From assembly GCA_964016885.1 (NCBI GenBank), contig OZ024741.1, positions 113,956,001-114,020,000 on the forward strand: a stretch of DNA of 64,000 nt, in the 5' to 3' direction. The stretch comes from Eledone cirrhosa (Eukaryota). Position 1 is the first letter of the stretch; every line of letters begins with the position of its first letter. The notes under the pieces are model-generated. The model was not told the origin of the DNA. It searched no databases and saw only the letters and a list, made by a program, of their open reading frames with translations. The position numbers were made by a program, and so were the translations under genes. Shown here one piece after another: positions 14,871-28,006 of the stretch.

Positions 14871-15440
14871 TGGGGTGGCCAGCACATTGGACCCCATTTG
14901 CTCATAATAAAGAGAGATGGGGAGGGCGAGAGAGATGGAGGTGATGACAGTGGGAGTTCGGCTCTTCTGTGTTCGGCCTGTGGTGCAGCATCAGTTGTCC
15001 GTAAGGAGGTAGGGATTCATTATTACTTATAACTAGTCTTATTTTTTCCTCGTTTATGTGTATATTCTGTTGTAGAAAGAGGGTTTATTATATTTCATGC
15101 CCTGACCATCTCTTAAAATATCATAGTCAAATCTTTTTTGAGCTTGGCTGGTCTCACTTGGGGACTCGGCTGCATCAATTGGAGATGACTGTTTCTGATA
15201 GGAGGACCTGCTGGAAGGCATGCTTGAGGACTGCTCCTACAACCCTTCCAGAAATAAGAGAGGAGGGGGGGAGGAAGAGGAAGAAGAAAAAAACGAAGAA
15301 AAGAAGAAGAAACTCGAGTATTGGACTGTTACTTTATCACTCCTAAAAGGATGAAAGGCAAAGTTGGCCTCAGTGGGATTTGAACTCAGGGAGCAGAGAG
15401 ACAGAATGGACATTGTAAAGCACTCTATCTGAAACCTTAA

Positions 15441-15642
15441 CCCTTTTGATATCAAACCACCTGAAACCACCTTGAAACTTATCATTTTAAAATGTTTATC
15501 CTTATGTAAAGATCATCCATCATAATTTTATTTTTCTTAAGTTAATATTTTAATTATGAGTTTACTAATGAATTGAATTGCTCCAAATGTTTGGCTATTT
15601 TCAAAATTGATTGAAACTCATAGAAATACGGTAATGAAGAGG
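15441..15642 (+). mobile_element. piggyBac-type MITE family B (ends CCCTTTTGATA.../...GGTAATGAAAGGG, TTAA TSD)
   Basis: TTAA-CCCTTTTGATATC...GGTAATGAAGAGG-TTAA. Related copies: 23592-23810 (reverse), 28088-28265, 30155-30393, 40168-40592 (tandem), 42295-42488, 8000-8417 and 31711-32388 (reverse, with nested SINEs). Confidence 0.75.
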
Positions 15643-17009
15643 TTAAACCCTTTTGATACCAACCTGCCTAAAACTGCCTCTAGTTCTATGAAATAAAACT
15701 AGATTTCAAATGCCCAAGACATGCTGTGTGTCAGGACAGAACTCTTACAGCTCCATCAGAAGTTAATGACCATTGATTTACCTTAAATATTCCTGATCTT
15801 AGCAATACTCCATAGTATCAGTAGTTCTAGAACAGATTTTCTCAACCTTTCATTCATTTTTTTTTATCAATGTCACCATCACACACTGTAAAGTTGAGCA
15901 AAAATTATACACTGAAAATTAGATTTTAATATACTAGAATTTTTTCTCAACATGCTGATGCATGTATGAGTATATAAATATAAACCTACAGACACAGACA
16001 CACTGACAAAAATACTCACTCACAGATATACATTCAAACAAATACACATACATTCACACAAACACACACATACATTTACACATACACATACATTCACACA
16101 CAGCGTAGCAAATGGAATGCCAGCCACTGTTTTGCTATAGTTTTTTCACCATCCCCTTTCTTCCTTTTACACACTCATACATTCACACAAACACACACAC
16201 ACATATATTGTGATGGAACTAAGTTGCTCAAATTTATATGTAGATTAAACAAAAATTAACTAAAGCATTTATTGAAAAACTAAATGTGATGGTTTTACAA
16301 GCAATTACTAATTTGTATTCTTTGCCACCCCCCTATCTCACTCACCACACCTTGGCTTCCAAAGATCTTCCCACTAGCCCTGTCCACTAAAACCCCTTGT
16401 GAATCTTCCAATGCCTCCAGTGAGAAGAGCTATGTACCCCCCCCCCCCCCCCACACACACACACACGCACACTTTGAGATTTAATGTTCTAGGGAGACGA
16501 AGAACAAGAGATATCATCTTCAGGAGAGTGGGTGTATGTAAAAGATGCTTCTTTTCATTCTCCTTTCACTTTGATGATGCAATCAGGTCATTTGTCATTA
16601 TAGCTGGAATTAATCATAACCTTGAGAAAATGGCATTTCCTCCTTGAAGAAGAAACAAAAATGTCTTGTATTGATTTCTTACATTTTGGTCAAAGTTGTG
16701 AAGAAATGTAACAGGCTGCAGAGTGAACATTTCACAGAATGGATTCTTATCTACAACAGAGGGGAACATTGATAGCTACTAAATAAAAAGTGATAAAAGG
16801 TCACATAAAGAGCCAGTTATGTCAACTGGGAGGGGAGGGGTATTTGTTAGAATACATACCTACATACACACACATATATATATATATATACATATAGATA
16901 CACATATATGCACACTTACACATATATACACACATGGCCACAAACAGATATATATATAAATATATATATGCATATTGTATATATATATATATATAGATAC
17001 ATACATACA

Positions 17010-17063
<54 letters not shown>

Positions 17064-17744
17064 CACACACACACATATATATATAATTAAAGTAGTTCAT
17101 GAGCATATGGTAGTAGCCAATTAATCAAGAGTGATGCCTCATGTACACAGTTTATGACAGAAATGTGGAAAATTGTGTTGGCAAAATTTGATTGGTCAGT
17201 GTTTTCATGTCGAGCAACACATGATCGATGGCAAAGTGACAGAGGTTGCAATGAATGCCAAAAGGTTTTCTTACGCAAATATATTACAAGATTTGACTAC
17301 AGATTTGAAAGGGGAAAGAGTTGAGAAAGGTGATAGTAGTTAGTAGTCATGGTGGTGAGGAGAGAAAGGTTTAAGTACTATGCTGTGGATCATCTAACAT
17401 TCTTCAGCTAATATATATATATCTGTATGTATTTGGTTATGATTGTGCACACATATTAAGCAATTTATTACTACCATCATAAGCAGTGCTTTTCTAATAA
17501 ATGTGTACTAATTTGATTGGTGCTTGAAAATCAATGAAATTACAATTATTTATTTTTGGGACATGATGTTGAATTCTTGAGAATGTTCCATGTTAGCTAA
17601 TGTCACAGGTATGCAGCCATTCTCATCTATTTTAATGTACAGCCACTGTCATGTAAGGAATATATGTGGGTGTGGGTGTATGTATGTGCATGTGTGTATG
17701 TGTGTATATATATGTGTGTGTGCTTGAGTATGTATATATATATG

Positions 17745-17816
<72 letters not shown>

Positions 17817-18151
17817 GACAGGCAAACAGACATACAAAATAGATATAATTAAAATACTTCTTGCATACAAGTATATATACAATGTGCCTCAAAGGTCACT
17901 ATATATTTTGACATACTTATTATGCTATGTATATATATAACGAAGGATGTGTGGTAAGGAACCAGATGGACCATAACGCATCAGAGTACTCAATACTTAG
18001 GGTAGTAGAGTGGGTAATAGGAAAATGTTTAACCCCGATGGCAGAGCTCACGCCGTTTTGACGGCTTTTTCTGGACTGACAGTCCAGAAATAGCTGTCAA
18101 AACAGCTTGAGCTCTGCCATCGTGGTTAAACATTTTCCTATATACAGTATA

Positions 18152-18222
<71 letters not shown>

Positions 18223-18349
18223 GGAAGCAGAAAATTGCTTATTGTGATCCAGTTCATGGTTAAGAAAGCCAGTTTCATGGACGGTTTCAACATACGGTTA
18301 GGGGTAACTCCACAAGTTTGTAAGAATTCCGTTCAATCTTGGAGTATAA

Positions 18350-20004
18350 AGTATAAAAGAGAAAACACAGGTAAGCATTAAGAGAAGGATTTTATCCAGG
18401 TATTTACGACCGTTTCATTGGTAAGTGCAACCTTATATTGCTATACTGCAAATAACAGCCACTCAATGATAATTGTTGTTCACGTCCAAATTTTCAAAAT
18501 AGTGAGTAAGAAATACAACATTGAAATCAAACAAGTCACGCAGTAGAAAATATATTTGGTATAACCCCATATTTAACACCTCTGTTAGTACTAACCTACC
18601 CTCTACCTTCTTTAGATTCACATAGATACAGCAAAATCCTTAACACTAAATCTATTAGACTATCTTACTCCACGGCACCAAATATAGAGGCACACATTAA
18701 GATGCTTAACGCTAAAAAGATACATAACAACACCAGAACACAAATTTATAACAATAACAATACAATCACCATTGAACACAACAGAATATCTAATACACAA
18801 CCACCCACTAATAGGCAAACAAAACGTAACACACTTGTACAGGCATCGCAGCCCACCAATAATGCCAAAGTTGCCCATGACAAGAATTGTAACTGCCACC
18901 TACCTGAAACCTGTCCATTACATAATGAATGTATGCAGTCTAACCTGGTTTACCAATGCACAGTAAAATCAGACAACCAGAAATTGTATTACATCGGAGC
19001 GACTGGGAATACATTTCCAGCATCGTTCCCAGCAAAAACTTTTCTTTGAGTCTATGGTTAGAATAAATTGATCTTTCGATCTTATTGTTGAGTAACTTAT
19101 TCTTCGAACTCAAAATGTGGAACAGCTCAAGGTCACATAATCGACAGTGACCTTGAGCTGTTCCACATTTTGAGTTCGAAGAATAAGTTACTCAACAATA
19201 AAATCGAAAGATCAATTTATTCTAACCATAGACTCAAAGAAAAGTTTTCGCACTACAAGTGCAAATCGAACCCTTAACCTCTTAGTACCAACTGACAAAC
19301 TGTATATACTTAGACTTTCTACCCTCTTATTGTATCTAACCCCTTTAATTACCCACAAAAACCAATACCTATATCCCTCCCTTCTCCTTCATTCCTTTTC
19401 TATTTCTTTTCGTTTTCTTCCTTTCTTCCCTCCCCTTTTTGGCTATCTTTTCTTTTCTTCTTTCTCCCCCCCCCCCTTCTTTACTTTAATTTTTATCATT
19501 ATTATTTTTATCTTTATTTTTTATATATATATTTATCTCTTTATATCTCCCCCCTCTCTCTCCATCCCTCCCACTATGAACAATTTAATTCTCTTTAACT
19601 CACTACACTCTAAATCGACGACATGAAGTCTATGTATCAAAACTGATCAAGGAATCCTTCCACCTCTACCCCTCCCTCCATCTCAGTTTGTCACTCTACT
19701 TCCTAACTCTTCTCCCCCTTCTTCTCTCTCTCTATACTATTCCGTTTGTCCCCTCACCTTCTAATTCCTCTTCCTCTCTCTCTCTATACTAGTAAACACA
19801 ATTCCAAAAAAATGTTTTTCTCTATATATTAAGAACTATTTCAAGAGTAACTTACTCACTATTTTGAAAATTTGGACAACAATTATCATTGAGTGGCTGC
19901 TATTTGCAGTATAGCAATATAAGGTTGCACTACCAATGAAACGGTCGTAAATACCTGGATAAAATCCTTCTCTTAATGCTTACCTGTGTTTTCTCTTTTA
20001 TACT
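18350..20004 (+). mobile_element. Penelope-like element (Neptune-type GIY-YIG), 5'-truncated, with an inverted pseudo-LTR copy at the 5' end
   Basis: Peptides SRSRKYIWYNPIFNTSVSTN, KILNTKSIRLSYSTAPNI and CNC..ETCPLHNECMQSNLVYQCTV..YYIGAT; C-terminal DLELFHI..KLLNNKIER..NHRLKEKF with a stop at 19277. 18350-18510 is the reverse complement of 19851-20004. (TA)n lies at the 3' flank. Confidence 0.88.
18530..19277 (+). pseudogene. Penelope linker/GIY-YIG endonuclease coding remnant
   Basis: LVY...YIG motif preceded by CNC/CPL cysteines. Frameshift near 18620. The central part is replaced by an inverted duplication (19035-19136). Confidence 0.8.
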
Positions 20005-20468
20005 ATATATATATATATACATACATATATATATATTTGTTGAAAATGAATATATATAGTTGAAAATGAATGTACAAAACACAGGAGGCAATTGTACACA
20101 GTTATATTAGGTATATATAAAATTAAAGTAGTTTATGTACATTTATAGCATCCACATATTTTCAATTCTTGTGATGTACTATGTTATCTAGTGTCACATG
20201 GATGTGGATGGTTCTCATCTATTCTAATGTATAACTGCTGTCATGTAATAAGGAATAAATATATATGAAGACATTTATTTATTCAAATACTTACGTGGTA
20301 TGAATATATGCAGTTGAAGTTTGAATATCAACAAATTTGGGGGATATCAGGTAGGGAGTACATGACTCAGTTTATATAAGTTGAAGATACTGCTATATCA
20401 TATTTATTGTGTGTCTTTACCATAGTCACAGCTCGATCAAAGCCTTGTGAGTGAAACTGGGTTAATAG

Positions 20469-20598
20469 CAGTGCTTGACTTACCTACAAGCTAAATAAGC
20501 TATACCTTAGGGCCACACACCCTCAGAAGCCTCATTTTAAAAAAAATATTTTTTTATTTCATCATTAGTCTTTATCCTTTAACACTGAATCATCAAAA

Positions 20599-20654
<56 letters not shown>

Positions 20655-20791
20655 ATTAAATAAATGGAAACTATATTTATAAAACCATATTTATTTCATT
20701 ATATATATTTCAGGGATATATATTTGTCGAGTGCTTTTATATCAGTTATAAATATTTACTAGTTGTAACACAACAATTTAAATATAACTTT

Positions 20792-20827
<36 letters not shown>

Positions 20828-20937
20828 ATTAATTCCTTATCATTAATATTAATATAAGAAATAATAATTGTATTTTTTAGAGAAGGGCCTCAAATTTCAT
20901 ATAGCTAAGGGTTATAACCAGTGAATGCCTGACCCTG
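20469..20937. mobile_element. Probable hAT-type non-autonomous element nested in a SINE
   Basis: Starts CAG and ends CCCTG. It splits the SINE tail AGCCTTGTGAGTGAAACTGG | GGAAACTGG..GAAG, with degenerate 8-bp flanks GTTAATAG / GTTGGTGG. Confidence 0.5.
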
Positions 20938-22180
20938 GTTGGTGGAAACTGGTATGGAAGATGTTGTGTATGGCACTCGTATTAAGTGTTATACAAGTGA
21001 TATGATTGGCTGTCATTAAATAATTAAACAATCACACAGTACTTGTTAGATAACATTCAATACGAGTTCCATACATGACAGAAGCCCATCACATGGATTG
21101 TACTTGTAATACATAAGGTCCAGCTTTGTCATATAGTTATAACCTGATTCAGCTTATGAATTTATTGTGTTTATTATACATTGGTTTATTATAAATTGGT
21201 TAAGTGTTCCATCCACAGACTCTGTGGATGGAATATTTAACCATTCTAATCCAATTCAGAGCCTTCTTACTCCTGTTGAAAGAACCCCTTCCCGGTTGTC
21301 CTCCACTGCTTTCTGTTTGGTTTTAGGCATGTCAAAGGTGTAGTCAAGCTCACTACACTTAGCCAATTGTGGGTTGGTGAAGCTATTTAACCCATAGTTG
21401 GGGTGGATGATCATTGACTCTGAGGAGTTCATCCACACTTTTAACAGCTCTTGTTTTTTTGTGTTGTTGGGCTTCCATTTACCCTCCTCACTAGACCCTG
21501 GTCTCATGGGGAAGCCAGTTTAGTCGTAGACCAATCAACCATGAAACAGTTAGTTTTGGGTTACATGATGCCAGTAGCAGGGAGAAGCATTATTTCATTA
21601 TTAAAATCATTATTATTAAATAAAGAAATCATTATTAATTGGATGTTCAGTTGATCAAACAACTAAATGCTTATTGTTGAATTCAATTGAAAGTCCATCA
21701 TAAAGAAATTAGAAGTGTAGAGCAGATGACAATATGTCAACCAAGAGAAAATATGATCTTAATCCTTATACTGACAACCTACTTTAGATTGTTGTTGTTA
21801 CAGCTCACATATATGTAGATTGCACTGGCCTACTTCAATGCTGCATTTTATAGGTTGTTTCTCAGTTGTTTTAAAGTTGGGGCCTCGGTCTGATCATAAT
21901 AAAACTCCTTTGTGAGGTAGATGACAGTCCATTGCAGAGGTCAACCCTACTCCATAACTGCTGCTGGTAAATATTTTGCTCGTTTTTCAGTTGAGTGAAC
22001 AGGAGCAATGTGAAATGAAATGTTTTGCTCATAGACATGGCATGCCATTCAGTTCAGGAATCAAACCCACAACCTGATGATCATGAATCCAACAACCTAA
22101 CCACTTTCACTATCTACCTTAGATTTATTTACTAATAACATCAATTAACAACATTATATATCAGATGTCAATGAGATTGG

Positions 22181-22401
22181 CCCTTTAGCATTTGCAGTAC
22201 TCTATATTTATTATTGTATTTTCATGGTAAACACCTCATTTCACATAATTATCTCACACAGTATCAAATCTACAAGATTTTAATATCATTTATTTTGATA
22301 ACAATACCTTAACATCAGTATGAGCAGCCAGTTATGGCCGGTTTCAACAGAAAGAGGTGAGAGAATTCTGGCTCGATATGGCCAGTTTAAATGCTAAAGG
22401 G
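22181..22401 (+). mobile_element. MITE family A copy
   Basis: CCCTTTAGCATTT...AAATGCTAAAGGG-TTAA. Confidence 0.8.
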
Positions 22402-22509
22402 TTAAATAGATAACATCTTTTACATTTATGTTAGCATGTTTTAACAATTAATAACATCAGAATAATTAACCAATATGTTCTATGTACAGTACAACATGTT
22501 GCCTACTTG

Positions 22510-22790
22510 CTTGGACCTTCAACACTTTATGGAATCATAGGGGCACCATTGTGGCATACTGTGTACCAGTCTTCTCCATCTGTTGAGGTTGCATGGCAGA
22601 TCTTAGGTTCCTACATAGGATCTACTTGTCCATCCTTTAATATTGTCTTGTCCGTCTTTTCCTCTGCCCACCTCTCTTGTTCTCCCCTTCCTTAGTTCCT
22701 TGTAGAACAGTTTATGTAAGGCCACAAGATTTTGCTACATGGCCATATCCTTTCAGTTTTATTTTCTTCACTGTTGTGTGAAAGTCTTCA
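22510..22790 (-). mobile_element. RTE 3' end relic
   Basis: The minus strand gives LKGYGHVAK..GL..TVLQGT.EG..RGGQRKRRT(W)DNIKGWT-like residues in broken frames. Confidence 0.55.
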
Positions 22791-23814
22791 AGAAGGCTAA
22801 TACACCCCTTATGAAAACTCAGTGTACTGTTGAAGACTGTATGTTTGTAGTTTATCAAGAGTGTGTGGGTTATTGAAAATAACGTATCTTTTACAACATA
22901 TTTAACATAAGCATAGGCAAAAGTATGACTATGTGCATAAGGAGTTCACTTCACAGTTGCATGCTCTCAGGTTCAGTCCACTGCATAATACTCAGAGCAA
23001 GTGCCTTGCACTGTAGCCTTAAACTTATCAATGCTTTTGGGGAGTGAAATTTGGTAAATGGAAACATTAGGCATCTGTCACACATGCATGTGTGTTTCTG
23101 TGTGTGTGCATTAGTTGATGCTTACTGTTTATCTATGTCTTGTAACCTGACAGCTTAACAAAGATAAACCAATCAATAAACTACTAAACTTGATAAAGTT
23201 GGTACTGGAGTCAATATGATCAACTAACAATCCCTTCAAGGTGGTGCCCTTGTATAGCTGCTGTCTAATGACTAAAACCAGTAAAAAAGAATAAAGGAAT
23301 GTTAACCACCTAACCACCTAACCACCACTACATCATAATCCTTAACCCTCAAATAACAAGTGGAAACGGAAAAGATCTTTTGTGCAAACCTCTTAACTGA
23401 TAATAAAGCTGGTATACTTTCTTTAAATAAACCATTACACTGTTACAAACTAGAGCCATGTAGTCCAGAACTTTCTTCCTTTATATCTTTCCAAGAATAT
23501 TCAAAGACAAACTTTAAACCTTAGCATATAAACAACATAAAAGTGATGGCGACAGATACAATGTAAACCAAAATGAAAACTAGAAAATTAGCCTTTCCAT
23601 TACCATATTTTTTATGAAATACACTGCCTATGATTTTCAATAATTTGGAAGGATTTACTAATATAACTTTCTGATTTTTAAGCTTTTAAAACATTCTTAA
23701 ATAAAAATGATAATGGAAGGTTTTTAAATAAATATAAACACTTTAAAACAAACAACTTCATATCATAGCACCAGGGGTAATTGGTTTCAGATGGTTTGGT
23801 ATCAATAGGGTTAA

Positions 23815-24032
23815 CCCTTTAGCATTTAAACCAGCCAGAATTCTCTTACCTCTTTCTGTTCAAACTGGCTGTAACTGGCCACTCATGTTAAGGTATAGTC
23901 CTCAAATTAATTAATATCAAAATTTCATGGATTCGATATTATATAAGATAATTGTGTGAGCTGATTATGTGAGATAAAGCCTTTACCTCAAAAGTACAAT
24001 AGTATATATAGAGTAATGTAAATGTTAAAGAG
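23815..24032 (-). mobile_element. MITE family A copy sharing a TTAA with the adjacent family-B MITE
   Basis: GGG-TTAA-CCCTTTAGCATTT junction at 23808-23827; ends AATGTTAAAGAG-TTAA. Confidence 0.8.
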
Positions 24033-27000
24033 TTAAACATGATAGCTGTGATAAAGTCATTTGAATAATATTTCTCAAATTTCTGAATTATTCACCAACA
24101 CATATCATTACTAGTTTCCTTCTTTGCTAACTGTACATATCAATGCCACCCAAACTAACAGCTAAGTCTTTATTTTTTATCACATTAAGCAAAAGCATTT
24201 CCTGTTAGTTCCCAAGACCAATATTCTTTACACCCAAGAATTATTGCTAATTATTTATTCTATATATGAAATAAAGTAAAATCTACAGCTCACACCTATG
24301 CTGGCTTTAACTGACCACTACTGAGGTGTCATATCATAGGTAGTTTGGGTATTTTGATGAATACCAATTGGTATTTTCATGAAAAATAACTTGAAATGAA
24401 GTGTCTTGCGCAAGAATATAATGCCCTGCCTGGTTCAGTAATGGAACCTACGATATTATATGCATGACTCCAACACCCTAACCTCTAGGCCATATGCCTT
24501 CATATACTTTATACATACCAATTGAAGAAAAGCATTGCTCACTATAGGTTTCCAATGGGCTTTCAGATGACCAGAGCAATAAGGAAGTGCGTATAACTTG
24601 GTACAGAACAAATATTGTTAAGATCAGTATAGCATAATGGCTAACACACTTACATAGCATTCGATTTTTTGCAGATGCATCTGTCTAAATTTTCTCTTTT
24701 TTTCCCACATGTATTTGATGACAGACATATTTACATCTTGAAACTGCTGGTAATGCAAAAATAAGTCAAAATATTAATATAAATACTACATATAGACACA
24801 TCAAAAAGGCAGCAAATTGGCAGTCATTAGAACATTGGATAGAATGTTCTGTGGTATTTGTTCTGGCTGTCTGCCCTCTCAGTTCAAATCCCACCGAGGT
24901 CAGCTTTGCCTTTCATCCAATCAAGATTGATAAATAAAGTACCAGTCTAGTACTGTGGTTGATTCTTCCTCTATATCTCATACTCTATCCTTCTCTGGAA
25001 TAAATCTGCAGTACTCAGGTCTGTAGAGGGGATGGGCTCTGCCAGGTTTAAAAATACCCTAAGAAATGCTGTATGTCAATAAGGGATTCCTATGACTTCC
25101 TCAGAAGTTACAGGTCCATATCATACCATATAGATACTTATAATTTCTGGAAGTTTAAGCTTTTTGTTACTACTCTGTGTTTTATATCCTCCAAATTTCC
25201 TACAGATACTAGACAAAAAAAATATTGTATTATGTATGTGGATGCATGTGTGTGTTTATATCAATAGATATGTATACACACATACATATGTACACATATA
25301 CACACACATAAACCTATATATGTGGCAGGTGCATATATATATATATACTTCTATACAAACATTCTTATACCCACTTCTACACACCACCACTACCATCATC
25401 ATCACCATCATCATAATCATCATCACCATCACCATCATAATAATAATAATATTCATCATCATCATCATCATCCATGTATAAGGTTTTAAACATTTGTCTG
25501 GTGCTGATAGTCAGCATCTAGAAAAACGTCAGTGATTGACTCACTTTAGAAGCAATATTCAATTCTGCTGCAGTTTTCTCTTACTACCAACAAGAATCAG
25601 TGAAAAGGAACTACTTTAGATGAGAGTTCAAAGGTTAAACTCCACAGATTTCTTTTGATCTCAAGCCAATCTGACCCTCTTTACTTTCAGGGTCAGACTT
25701 GGAGATATTTCCACTTTCTTCATTTCCTGTTAGAATTTATATTTCTTATTCAACAACAAAAACAACAATAATTGTTATATGTTGTACAACAACTGCAGTA
25801 GTCTTTACAATAACAACAGCAGCAGCAAAGGTCACCTCCCCTCTTAAAGTAAAAAAGATTAGAATTTTTTTTTTCTTTTATATTTGTTGCTCAAGATTTA
25901 GTTGTTTGTTTCACATTTCACTATTGTAAGTTGTCCTGTTCCCTAACCCTCTCCAGATGCTGATAAAATGATTTCTAATTTAAGCAAAAAGCTTGCATTT
26001 TGGGAGAAGGGGAAAGTCAATTAAATCGACCTCAATAGTTGACTGGTATTTTATTCTATCAATCCCAGTACTTGACTTGTAATTTATTTTATCAACTCCA
26101 GAAAGATGAAAGGCTAACTTGGTAGGACTTGAACACACATCTTGCTTGATTACATACATTCTGCACTTTACAAGGTGTACTGGGTACATTTCCTTGTGAC
26201 ACTAGCTGTAGACACAACTGAAGAAACCTCTCAACCCTATACTTGACAAGATTTCTGTGACTGTATGTTTTTCTTATCACCAACCACTTTAGAGAGTGCT
26301 CACTCTGATCGATCGACAATATCCCAGACCTCACTTGCTTGCCGAGTGGTGTAGACCTAGTCAAATCGGACCAAGAAAACCATGTTTCCATTCATCTGTC
26401 CATTGCTGATACTATCTACCAGTTGGAACTCCTGACAGAAGGAGCAATGTGAAATCAAATGTCTTGCTCAAGGACATAACACATCACCTGGCCTGAGAAT
26501 TGAACTCGCAACCTCACGATTGCAAATCCAATTTTCTAACCACTAAGCCACATACCTTCTACTAGAGAGTGCACTAGGTGCATTTCATTGTGGGTCTAAC
26601 ACCATGGAGGTTTCCATGCCATGATTGGTAGCATTACCAGGTGCAAGTTTATTTCTCATCACATAAATGCCAACTAGTGTTAAGTACCAAAACTTATGAA
26701 CTCTTCAGAGTACTTCAAGACACTCTCAAGTTATATATGTTTGTTCAATTATGCCCAAAATTCGAGGATTTTATTTAAACCTTCTCGCTAACTACCCCAT
26801 TCTCGTTCGTTTAATTATGGCCGAATCAGTCCACGCTGTAATGTGGATGTGTAGGTAACACGGTAAAAACCTCCCAGTCCACACTGTAAACATGGTTGGG
26901 CATCCAGCCGTAGAAAACCTGCCAGACAGTCCTTTATGAGCAATCTTGCTTCAAGTGGGAAAATTCCCGTCCAAACTCATGCAAGCGTGGAAGATGGACG

Positions 27001-27269
27001 TTAAACGATGATGATGATGATGATTCAATATACACATAAATAAGGATGACAATAATATACCTCTCACTCTCTCTCTCTCCACAAACACACATACATATAT
27101 ACCTTTACTGGTTTCAGTCATTGGACCAAAGCCATGTGTAGCACTATGTTCAAGGGTTTTAGACAATCCTGTTACTTCCAGTATTTATTTCATTCTGATA
27201 CTTATTTTATCGATCTCAATTTATCAAAGTTACCTTTTGGTGTTAAGGAATACAATTCAACATGTCATT

Positions 27270-27472
27270 TTACAGTGGAAGGAATCTGCTGAAGAGGGAA
27301 GCTAAGGAAAACATGGGCAGAAGTGGTAAGAGCATATCTCAAAACATTGAACTTCACAGAAAAGAAGTCAAGGGAAGGCAACATATGTGGAGGCAAGCGG
27401 TGCTAGAAAAGATACATTTAACCCATACAAGCATGGAAAAACAGATGTAAAAATCATGCAGATGATGATGAT
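27270..27472 (+). mobile_element. RTE extreme 3' fragment with (GAT)n tail
   Basis: VEG...RG.(P)RKTWAEVVR-like relic, then CCCATACAAGCATGGAAAAACAGATGTAAAA..GATGATGATG. Confidence 0.6.
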
Positions 27473-27512
27473 ATAAGAACACATGAATCCCTCCCCCATG
27501 CACACATAGAGA

Positions 27513-27681
27513 CAGTGCTGGATTTAGGACAAATGAGGCCCTGTGATAGTCAAGTTATGAGACCCCTTACTTGAGCCCTGAAGGAGGTAAACATTTTGTG
27601 GGGCAGGAAGATCCCCGCCCCCCTTGGCCAACAGAGCCCTGTGCTTAAGCACACCTAAGCACAATGGTAAATCCAACACTG
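27513..27681. mobile_element. hAT-type MITE
   Basis: TIRs CAGTGCTGGATTTA / TAAATCCAACACTG. 8-bp flanks CATAGAGA / CATACAGA (7/8 match). Confidence 0.8.
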
Positions 27682-27925
27682 CATACAGACAAATGATAGG
27701 CTTACACATAGTTTCTGTTTAATAAATTTCCCTTGTATGACATAAGTCAAGTCGAGGCTATATCACAAGACACTACCTCAATGCCTTAGGGTTGGATCCA
27801 GAACCTCAAAACATAGCAGCGTGGCTAAAAAGTTTGTTTCACTGAATACATATATAAAAACACATAAGATTCCAAATAAAAGACTTTTCTTCTCGTGGAT
27901 TCCTAAAAGAGAAAAGAAAAAAAGG

Positions 27926-28006
<81 letters not shown>

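Noticed and set aside
17560-17665. Diverged direct repeat with 20150-20265 bracketing the Penelope region
   Set aside because: Too long and diverged for a TSD and not at the element boundaries; probably an old local duplication or dispersed repeat.
25545-25728. Possible minus-strand exon (TAACAG ... GTGAGT)
   Set aside because: Stops in all three frames; at best non-coding, and unsupported.
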